Below, piece by piece: positions 52,931 to 64,000 of a DNA stretch of 64,000 bases. The position numbers were made by a program, and so were the translations under genes. Positions within the stretch are counted from its first letter, which is position 1; every line of letters starts with the position of its first letter. Origin of the DNA: Narcine bancroftii (Eukaryota); NCBI RefSeq assembly GCF_036971445.1, contig NC_091476.1, forward strand, positions 165,974,001 to 166,038,000. The letters run 5' to 3'. Below the pieces are notes generated by a model, which ran no database searches, was not told where the DNA came from, and saw only the letters and a program-made list of their open reading frames with translations.

Positions 52931-54529
52931 TCAATGCCGATCAAGGATTAAGAAGCAGAAATGCTCACTTCAGGTACAGGACGAGGAAAGGGTAAAACTC
53001 GATTTTATTACACTCATCTTGCCAATTTAAAATGAGCATGAGGAGGATTAATTTTGAAAACCAGCGAACCAAGCTAATAGGTTCCATCTGAAATTGGATT
53101 AAATGCTTGCTGGTGAGGCAGGCTCAAAGAGGATGTAAAATGAGGCCTTGTAAATGTTGTTAGAATCCCATTTTTAGAAGTCCACTAAATTCAACTTATC
53201 AAGATGACTTACTCTTCATGATCCTTAAAGAACCATAATACCAACAGGAATATTTCAAAATTTGAAAACAAATATTACAAAATTGCTAATATCCACTGGC
53301 ATCAATCTCTTCACACTGTTGCTACAACAGACTAAATCCTACATTTTTTTAGCATCTAGCCCAAGGTCAATTTATACTGAAAGTAAGGCCTCATTTCAGA
53401 TTGGTCTCAGTCTTCCAAGTTCAAACATCTTTTGTAAAAACTCCTTCATACAGACATTTGTTAACTTGTATTCAGAAAGTTAATTGGTTTGTATTCTGTT
53501 TTTCACCTCCACAGAAATAAATTGAAGAGAAAAAAAATTCTCATGTTTGTCAATTTTGCTAGAATTGTCAGCTGCACTTTAAGTGTTCACCTCCTACAAT
53601 CAGCAAAGATCGCCTTTCAATCAATTTACCTTCCTCCCAAGGACAAATGATTGACAGCTTCTTCTACCTACACTTGGCTATGTTTCAAAAAAAAATGTCT
53701 CAAAAAGCTTTAAAAATCTATTTCATTGTAATTTTGTCATAAAATCAAATGGAAAAATACATTAATATGAAACACTACAGAATATGATAAACACCCTCAC
53801 CTTTAAATAGTTTGCGTTGCAAAAATGTTAATGATTTACAAAAGCAATGAGGAGAAAGCGGACAGCTTGTTTGTTGCTCGTATATAATTGGACTGCAATG
53901 CCTGCTTGGGTACTGATTCCCAATGAAATTACAGAACAGATGAGCAGGTTCTAAACTGAATCCATCCCCATTTTCTTTCCGTCATTAACTCATCCTCTGC
54001 TTTTTAAATTGGACACATGCCAAACAGAAACCATAAGCCATTACTGTGCAAATCTGCTGAGAAATTAGGGGTAACCAGTGATTTTAAAAATTCTTTTTTG
54101 CAACCATTGTGTATTGTAAGTTCCTTGAAGCTACCTTAGTCCAGCATCTGAACCCTTTAGCTGAAGTGGATATCAGAACATTTTAAAACTTAATTAATCC
54201 ACTCTTCTACTTTTGGAGAATTCTCAAGGCCTTGGGCGGATGGGATTCATTTTCAGCCCAGAGATTGATATACAATTGTTGATTGTGCAGCCACCAGGCA
54301 TTAAATAGCTTTACAATTCTGTGCACATTTAATCCAGATCTCAAGAATGCCATCATGAGGTACATTTGGGGTTGGAAAGCACTTTTCAGCAAATTCAATG
54401 GCTCCCTTCGACACATCTCTCAGACCCTCTCCTGCAAAAGCATGGATTGAACAACATTTTAGCAATTTTATTTAGAAAATATCCTCCTTCCCCATTTTAC
54501 ATTTTATCTTCCCACTTACGCTTAAGTAA

Positions 54530-56160
54530 AATTCATATCAAGTCAAGTTTATGGCCATCTGATTGTACAAGAACATCCCAACAAAGAGTTCTCTGGTCGT
54601 TGGTGCAAAACATACAGACACACAACCAGACAGAACACACAAATAATACATATGCAGGACAAGTATTTTATCTATAATGATAAATGACTAAATTGTTTTG
54701 TAAAAATGGATGTCTCGCATGGTTAGTGCGAGCAGTTTCTTTGGTCATTCAGCATTCTCACTGCCCATGGGTAGAAGGTGTTCCTCAGCCTCGTGGTGCT
54801 GTATCTGATACTCCTGCATCTCTTTTCTGAATGGAGCAGATGAAAGATGCTGTGTGGAGGGTGGAAGGGGTCCTCAAAGATTTTGTGCACTCTCTTCAGA
54901 CAACGATCCTGGTAGATAACATTGATGGGGGTGGGGGGGGGGTGGGGAAGACTCCAGTGATCCTCTCTGCCACTCTTATGGTCCTGTGGATTGACCTCCC
55001 ATCCATTTCTCTGCAGCAACCGTAACACACTGTGATGCAGCCAGTCAAGATGATCTCGATAGAGCTCTTAAAGAAGGTTGACATAATGGTGGCCAGTAGG
55101 CTTGCCCGCTTCAGTCATCTCTTGAAGTGCAGTCGCTGTTGCGCCTTCCTGACAAGTGAGGAGATGTTAAATGTGCATGATAGATCACCAGTTAAGTGAA
55201 CTCCAAGGAACTTGATGTTTCCACTCTACTACAGAGTTGTTGATGCACAGTGGAGGGTGATAGTTCCTGGTCTTCTGGAAGTCCATGATCATCTCCTTTA
55301 TCTTGTCCAGATTGAGATTCAGGTGGTTACTCTCGCACCATTTCACGAGATTTTCCACCTCTTCTCTGTAGTGCAACTCATCATTGTTGCTGATGAGGCC
55401 GACGACTGTTGTGTCATCTGCAAACTTGATGACACTGTTGGAGCTGGATCTGGTGATGCAGTCATGGTTCAGGAGCATGGACAGGAGTGGGCTGAACACA
55501 CAGTCCTGATGTGCACCAGTGTTCAGCGTGACGGTGCTTGATATTCTGCTACTAACCTGGATGGACTATGGTCTTTCTGATAGGAAGTCCAGAGAGGGAT
55601 GTTGAGTCCTACTGAGGATAGTTTCTCCACCAGCCTCTGGGGGATGATCATATTAAACGCCAAGGTGAAGTCAATGAACAGCGCCTGGCGTATGAGGCAT
55701 TGTCCTTCAGGTGGGCCAGGACTGAGTGAAACAACAAAGTTATAACATTGTCTATGGTAACATTTCTTCTGCAGGTAAATTGAAATGGATCCAGCGACTC
55801 TGGGTGGTGATCTTTGATGAGCTCACTGCAGAAGCGATGGGGCATTGAAGATGGCCACGAAGACCTCTGTCAATTAATCTGCACATTCCTTCAGTACCCG
55901 ACCAGGCACGTTATCTGGTTCCGCCACCTTGTGTGGGTTCACTTTGGATAGTGTTCTCCTCACCTCTGCCACAGGTAAGCAGGGGACCAGTTCATCAGGG
56001 AGGAACACATAGCTTTTTTTTAAGCATCATCCGGTTCTTTTTTTTTTAAAAATCAGACCATGCATAGAAGGTGTTCAGTCTGTCCGGAAGGGAGGAGTCA
56101 TTGTCCTTAATTTGCAAGGTTGACTTGTGATCTATAATAGACTTGATCCCTTTCCAAGTG
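54530..56160 (-). mobile_element. Rex1/Babar-like LINE (RT domain to 3' UTR)
   Basis: KVAEPDNVPG; LDPFQF; SPLL...HDC...IKFADDTTVVGLISNNDE; IEIILTGCITVCYG. Confidence 0.88.
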
Positions 56161-58569
56161 CACCTGGATCCAATGCGATCGTTTAAAATAGTTGTGAGTG
56201 AGTCACCGAGTCTAGTCATTTATCATTGCCCAATGAGAGACTCCCAAAAATCAGCAAAATAAATTTGCACTAAGTGTAACTTATTACAACCACTGAAAGC
56301 AGGAGACTGAACAGCATAATCATCTCCTTTGGCAATTTATGAATAATGAACTGCAGACAAATAGTAAATTGATGGATTTCTTTCTAGCCACACATTGCTA
56401 ATCATTTTTTCTTGAGAGGTTTTCCACTGAAGAGTTTAACTTGAGTTCAGGTCACAAATAAAACTCAACCAATTGTGGATTCAGCCCAGGATGCTGATCA
56501 ACTGAAGTATAACAATCAGACAATGTGAATTAGTCCTTCAGTTTGTGTCATATACATTGGTGAATGCAAGTAATATCGGAGTTTTTAACATTGTTTGACA
56601 TGTCCATATTGTTCAATAAATTGTATTCTGAGAGTCAATGATGTTTACAGTAAAGTGTACATTCACACGAACATTTAACAAACACTTTGAAGGAGACACA
56701 ACTTCATGCCCTTGAATTCCTCCCTGAAAAGTTTACAGAAGTGATTTTATCATAGGAAGGAGGATTGGAAGTGGGGGGGGGGGGGGGGGTTGCTGGGATG
56801 GGGGGAGCGAAGAGGCAGAGAGTGGAATTCAGGCCTTTTCATTGCAGGAATCAAAAATGTATTTAAAATATTCCAGAATATACAATTGAGTTCAAAAAAT
56901 CAATCTTAAGGCAGCAAATATTAATCTGCAAATCATTATATTTTGTTGATAAGGGCTTCACAAACATAGCTCCTCCAGTGCCTTTCAAAAACCAGAAACA
57001 TAATTATTTATAGAGAATCACAGTATTCACATCAGGAAGACAGATTTTGTATCTCTCTGCCCAGCTGTAACATTTATAAATGTATCTGCAGTGCATGAAT
57101 GAACTATTTGCCATGTTATTTACATCAACAGTAGTATTGTTTTGCCTTCAGGAGGGAACCTCATCTCCCTGCTTAGCTGCTACATTTGTTCCAAAGGGAA
57201 ATGATATTAAAAATTTATATGGCAGCATCAGGACAGCAATGGAAATCTGCAGGTGAGCGTGAATGTATTTCCAAGACTTGGTTCTTTAACATTGTTAAGT
57301 TTAACAGAATATGTTTGACATAAAATTGTCAGTATCGCCTCAACTTTGACACTTATCATGTTGCTTCAGTAAGAGAGAGCATTTTGCCGTTCACACCCCC
57401 CTCGTCCCAAAACAAATTTGCAGATTCAGTCTCAAAGCTATTATGTTTTTCATTTCTGCAGTGTGATTGGTTTCCTAGCTGTAACCAGATTGAGTGCAGT
57501 TTTGGTTAAAAGACATTAAAGCTCTTTGTTCACCAATTCAACTCCAGGTATTAATTGATATTCAAGAGTACTGTCATTTTGTTTTTGTAACTTTTCCTAA
57601 TGATTTTTGACAGACACATTTTGGATTGGCTTGGACAGATATTATAGAACTCATTTTACATTTAATCCTTAATGCAAGCTTAACCAAGGAAGAGATTTGT
57701 CTTCAAATGCTCTCGCCAACAGCATTAACCAAACTACATGAATGGAGATCGGCAAACCAGAAACTGATTTATGCATCTCACCCCAACCAATCAGAACTCA
57801 TGTATATCTCTTGCTTAATTAAATCAAAACTGTGGAAGTTAGCTGATGAGGGAGAAAAGTCCAAAAAAAATAGATTGAATTAATAATGGATGCACATCAT
57901 CTCATGGCACCATTTGGCAGAGATGCAGAGGTATCCTTAGTGTCCTGGCAAATGTTTATTTTAACAACAGGGAGGTTTTATAATTCTGTCTGAAATGGGA
58001 TGGCAATGCCAAATGCGGAGAGGACTAAGCAGCAAGCCATGTGCAAGGATTCAGGGTAACTTCACTATAATTACCATCGAGTCATGAGGAGTCATTCAGC
58101 ATGAAAATGGCACAAGCCCAGAATGCCAACTTGATCAGCCCAGTGCATTCTGCTGATCAAGTTGGCATTTGGCCCATATCCTTCAAAGTCCTTTCTATCC
58201 ATATATTTATCTAAATGTTTCAAGTTCGAAGGAATAAATATCTCCAATGATTCACTAGTCAAGAAAACAGTTACACCTCTGAGTTAAACAGGAAAGTCTG
58301 CAGATACGGGGACTATGATGAGACCTGGACTTTTTTTTTCCAAAAATGAAGGAAATTCAGCATGTTTCCCTGTCCCTCAATAACTTCTACATGTGGACCT
58401 GCAAAAGCTAGTATCACCACATGGCTTGGAAGCTGATTTGCTTACGTGCAAGAAGTGAAAGGTAGTGAACGTAGCTCAAAGCATAATGCAAATTTCCTTC
58501 ATTCCATGGACTATCTATATCTCCTACTGCACAGGATAGGCAACCAGCAAACTAAAAAAATTATCATAC

Positions 58570-59050
58570 CCTTCAAATCAAGTCACCTTTATTTATCGTT
58601 CATAACTATAAAGACGAGATAGTGTTTCTCCAGGATATTTGCATGAATATAAGTGAGAATAGAAGTTAAACACATTGAATTATTAAAATATTAAGACATA
58701 TACAGTGAAAGTTTAAGGTACACTATCCACATATGTTCTGGGAATTCAGGAGCCTGATGGCTTGGGTGGAAAAAAAACTGTGCCTCTTCTGGACGTAGCG
58801 ACCTGAGTGCTACGGTACCTCCTACCAGATGCTGCTTTACTTTGGGGAGAAGCCTTAAGATTGCGAAAGCAGGCACCAACAGGGCTAAATAACATTTCTT
58901 TCCCGCCACTATCAGACCCCTGAATGAACCCGTAATGGTGCTGCCATAGCTTGGTGCTAATTGATCCAGCATTCTGTAAATTGTGTGCTTTACACGATGT
59001 TTCATACAACCTGTTAGGCCATTCACAGAAGAACCCTTATCCACCACATT
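58570..59050 (-). mobile_element. Degenerate Rex1/Babar-like LINE 3' end
   Basis: SGRRYRSTQVATSRRGTVFFP motif and a 3' UTR. Confidence 0.55.
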
Positions 59051-59929
59051 CATGATTTTGTGACAAATTAGCTTCAACTTAAAATGTCTTTTGAACATCA
59101 AAATCATGACCTCTTCTCCAGTTTTCTCTGGCCACTTAAGACTCTTGTAGAGGTGTTGCACAAGAAGAAAGGAAACTGAAGCAGGTTGTGGCCATTTTGT
59201 CACTGGCGTTTTTTCCATTATTCAATAACAACCAGACCTTATCTTATTTAAACATAATTGTACAAAAGGGCCACTTAACCAGTGTGATTGTTTATGGAAA
59301 TAGGAGTGAAAGAAGAACAGAAACTGCAGGATATACTCCCTAAGTTGGGGCACGTTCGGAAAGGGAGAACAAAGTTAATGATCAGGGATCTTTCAGTGGA
59401 AAGTTCACCGTAAAACATACAAAACAATGATACGGAGAAATCACAGGCGCATATTTTCCTCCTGTGCGACAAGGAATGAAAGTGAAACAATATGTGGGAC
59501 TAGGGCCAAGTCCAAGAATGAAAGAGGGCTAGTATTGGAGTAGCCTTTAAAAACTGAGGAGGTGGACAGGTTAAATGCTAAAAGTTCAGAGATTGAGGTT
59601 CTGATGGGACAATCAGGGAGTTGTGGACCGAATGAGGAGTCACTACTGTCCCTCCGACATTGTTGATTGATTGATTATATTGATTGATTATATCAGAAAG
59701 TAAATCAGAAATCAGAAAGAAAGTTCATTTAAAATGTTTCTTGGCCAATAGAAATGAGTTTATTGATTTAGACATGTTGCAATAATATACATCACATATT
59801 ATAAATTGAATTTCTTGACAATATTTGTGCTGAAAGGGAGATTTGTCTCTAATATTCTTCTACAACTTAACTAATATTAGAACAGTGGAATTGAAATTTA
59901 ACACAAAATGCCTGCATTCCTCTACTGAA

Positions 59930-60392
59930 GACTCTTGGAAACTTCCACAGATGTACTGTGTAGAGCATTCTGGCTGGTATGGAGGTGCCAACTCTCAGGA
60001 CAGGAGAAAAACTCCAGAGGCTTGTTAACTTGGCCTGTGACATCACAGACACCAGAATTCACTCTGTTCAGGACATTGACAAGAGGCAGTGCCTAAAGCA
60101 AGCAGATTCTATCCCCGAGGATCCCCACCACCCAGTCCATGCCCTCTTTACACTGCAACTATCGGGGAAAAAGGTACAGAAGCTTGAAGATGAACACTGA
60201 GCTGCATAAGGACAGCTTCTTTCCCTCTGCCATCAGATTCCTGAGTGAACAATGAACCATAGACACGACCTTATTTTGTTGTTCCCTTGCATTATTTTTA
60301 TTGGGTAAGGTGGTTTCTAGAAACTTTTTCAAAATGATGCTGAAATAAAACAACAAGTTTTATAACATGTTCATGACAATAAATTCCGATTC
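59930..60392 (+). mobile_element. Rex1/Babar-like LINE 3' end
   Basis: WYGGANSQDR...LQRLVN...DPHHPVHALF..LSGK; tail gacaataaattccgattct. Confidence 0.75.
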
Positions 60393-61544
60393 TAAAATCC
60401 TTCTCCATTTAAATCAATTGATCTAAATTACACAGGCACAGGGCTACTGCTCTATCGACGATTCTGTGCAATTGTTTTTGTTCCAATGCATTAGTCCAAC
60501 ATCGCCATTTCTTACCTTCTGAAGTTGTGCATGCAGCTACAAATCTTTTCAATGTTTCGTGCCCTGCACTATCCTCCCGCTGCTACTTTTTATTTTATTT
60601 TAAATTTTAATTTAGACTTCTCGCACAGAAACAGCCCTTTCAGCCCATAAGCTGGTGCCACCCAATTACACTCAACTGACCTATCGCCCCAGTCAGTTTT
60701 TGAATGGTGGGAGGAAACCAGAGCATCTGGAGGAAACCCACACAGACACGGAGAGAACATTTAAACTCCTCACAGACAGCACAACTTCGAACCCTGGTCA
60801 ACCGTGCTGTAACATCATTGCACTCACCACTACGCTGGTCGTCTCACCCTGTTGTAAAACTGCCTGTTGTGAGACTACAGTATAATTTTTCCTGAATATG
60901 TCCTCAAGTGGCTGCTTAGTTTTCTCTACCAACGAAAGTGGCATTTCAAAAATAAACACAAGTAATTACTTCAGAGCAATTATTTTGAGCTGTTCACTGT
61001 GATCCAAAGCACTTTGGAGGTTTACTTACTATTCCTCACCTCACAAACCCTCTCTAAGCTCCAATTATTCCCACTTCTGTAAGCAGAAACCATGTAATTT
61101 AATAACAACAAAGGGTTTAACACAGAAGAGGAAAGTCGAAAAGCAGCAGAAGATTGATAGGATAGTCCTGTTCGAAGATTATGTTTTTACTTTGAAAGAT
61201 AATCTCGGTTGAGGAAGGTCTTGAGTGAGTTCAATGCATTTATTCAAATTAGAAGAAAGAACATTGGGTAGGAAATGCATTTAAGATGCTTCATTTCCAA
61301 TAGAAATCTCAAATGTTGGACGTATCAACAGATTTCTATTACATAGAGTCACTGCAGTAAATCCCTGCTTCCAGGGATGGTTTTACAAATAAAAACTCAG
61401 GGAAAAGACCAGTTAAGTTTTCATCAGTTGAGTGAGAAATATTAGCAGAAATAACAGTGGGCAATTCAGCAAAAAAAAAGATGAATTTTATTTTAATATT
61501 TCAGCAAAAACAAGCAATGCCTTTGACAATACAACACTTGAGTG

Positions 61545-61945
61545 AAAACACACAGAAATGCTTGAGGAGCTCAGCCGGTCTGACATTTCAAGGCTGAGTC
61601 CTTCTGCAAGGAATAAGCAAAGAACAGGAAGGCTCAGAATAAAGAAAAAAGTAGATGTTAATGCCATCTAGTTGGAGGGTGTCCAGACAGAAGATGAGAT
61701 GTTATTCCTTCAATTTGCAGGTGACCATGGACAGATATGTCAGCAAGGGGATGGGATGGGGAATTCAAATTGGTGGCCATGGGGAGATCCACGCTTTTGC
61801 ATTGAAAAGAGCTGAGGGGCTCAACAAAGCAGTCTCTCTGATGTAGAGGAGACCACAATGGGAGCATTGGATGCTGTAGATGACCCCTGCAGATTCACAA
61901 CTGAGGAGTTGCTTCATTTGGAAGGACTGTTTGGGGCCCTGAATA
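61545..61945 (-). mobile_element. Penelope-like GIY-YIG endonuclease fragment and terminal repeat
   Basis: IQGPKQSFQMKQLLSCESAGVIYSIQCSHCGLLYIRET. Confidence 0.8.
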
Positions 61946-62126
61946 GTGTTGAATGAGGATAACACTCCAGGTCCAGCATTAACTGAGTACTTAGTTTCAT
62001 AGTATGTCTTGAACCTACAATTTAGAGTCAAAGGTGCTTTTAAATAATCTGATTTAACACTTGTAACAAAGGATTAAAAGAGGTAGAGTGTAAATAATAA
62101 ATTCAAACAGAGCATGCAAAATCCTA

Positions 62127-62261
<135 letters not shown>

Positions 62262-62317
62262 CTATTGTCATCAACATTCATCTGAAATATCTAAAAGCTT
62301 TCACAGTGTAAGAATCA

Positions 62318-62575
<258 letters not shown>

Positions 62576-63446
62576 TCAACAGAAAGATACCTTATGATAG
62601 TGATTCTATAGTTTCTAATACATTTTGGTCATCTAGCCAGTGCAATGTCCAGAAAGGACCCCACGTTAATAGAAACAAGAGGCACTTGATCCTCTATTTG
62701 TTTAATTATTTCAATGACTATATGCACCATGTTCCAGATTGTCAGTGTGGAAATATTATTCAAAAGGTGGCCTGGATATCTAATCTGTTCCCTCTATTCA
62801 CAGGTGAATTTAAACATAAATGATTGTATTTAATATGATAAGAGAAATCTCTTCAACTGCAAGAGTGAACTAGCAGAATACTGGAAAATGGAAGGAACTC
62901 CAGGGAATTTTTTTTCTGATTTGTGATAAATAATCTCTTAAATTATACAATGTTTGTTTTCCATTCTTTCAACTCCTGTTCTTCAATTAAAGTTGAAAAC
63001 TTAACTATGCTAATATAATCCTCTACAACAATTTTTAATTTCTGTAGCAATCTTGTTGATAAATAATGCTATGAACAAGTAAAGGTAACGCTTCGGCATA
63101 ATGTCAGTGAGTACGCATCACAAAAAACTCCCTCCGATGAAGCAATAAATCATCATCCAGCGTCAGTCAACTTGCATTCTCTCTCCCCCAATGCAATAAG
63201 TACTTCACAGACACATTGTGGCTTTTTCTAACATAGCTCTTCAAAGCATGACAGACAGAATGACATTTCCAAGCTTAACATTCACAGTGAAAGCAAAGGA
63301 GAGAGTAAAGTGGGAGAGAAAAAAAGACAATCCCAGCAAAGGTCAAGCAGTTTAAAAGCAGCAGTTCAAGTTCAGGTTGTCATCTCATTGTACAAGTACA
63401 ACCCGATGAAACAGCATTCTCCGGTCTTCTCTTTATATCTCTATAT

Positions 63447-64000
63447 TGTGACAAAGTATATAGAAATATATCTGGGAGATAAAGTGGGAAAGGTTAGAGT
63501 AGATTACATACAAACACTTTAAAACATACCTTGTTTGAAATACTGGAGACTTCAGGACCACAGAGACTTTACAGAAACTTTGATGAATGCCTATTGGGAC
63601 TTCACAAGTAGGTGTTAATTGGACTGATGTTGTGGAATAAATGGACTGCTGCCTTTTAAAGCAACAGAGGAGAGGTGACACAGTGGCTTCTCACACCTTT
63701 TTGCAGGTCCTTTGAAGAGTGAGAGAGGTCAATGATGGGTTCTTGTTTACCCAAAAGCAACAGATGAAAGAGCAGGGTGGTGCCCTATTGTCTACAAAAG
63801 ACTTACTGTTGTAAGAGGGTCAGGTGGTTTTGCAAGCAGAGAGAGTCAAACAGGCTCTCTCAGTCTGTGAGTGTGTGAGAAAGCAGTGTCAAGCAACAGA
63901 AGTTGCTGGAACTGAAACAGAAGCTCCAGTGTGAAAGATGGCCTACTAGTCTCAGCCCTTGTGCTTCATGATAGATGCACCTTGGACTGCCTGTCTAATG
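63447..64000 (+). mobile_element. 5' part of an LTR (family A), running off the window
   Basis: Starts TGTGACAAAG; shares acttcacaag.tggtgttaattggactgatgttgtgga with the reverse complement of 50725-50780. Confidence 0.75.

Noticed and set aside
56772-56810. Poly-G tract as a functional G-quadruplex
   Set aside because: A simple homopolymer, possibly of uncertain length; nothing in the sequence supports a function.

Overview
Vertebrate genomic DNA, not prokaryotic. The repeat content (CR1, Rex1/Babar-type and RTE LINEs, V-SINEs, Penelope relics) suggests a cartilaginous fish; that assignment is inference. The window lies inside one large minus-strand gene. Nine canonical GT-AG exons (62469 down to 16811, 1224 nt, one continuous reading frame) encode alternating Sushi and CUB domains that best match CSMD2. 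The introns are packed with nested transposable elements. The most unusual object is a chimeric Ty3/Gypsy relic at about 20196-23020. It reads LTR, tRNA-Leu PBS, gag carrying an 18 x 30-bp perfect minisatellite, then protease. It then switches into intronless host-mRNA fragments of liprin-alpha (PPFIA2-like) and of nucleoporin TPR, the latter split by a later CR1 insertion. Other notable items are young AviRTE-like LINE copies, an ORF1-only L1 with both ends intact, a Harbinger-like element nested in a solo LTR, and an RTE-type SINE with a ~40-bp duplication. All homology calls are from recalled protein and repeat motifs, not database searches.
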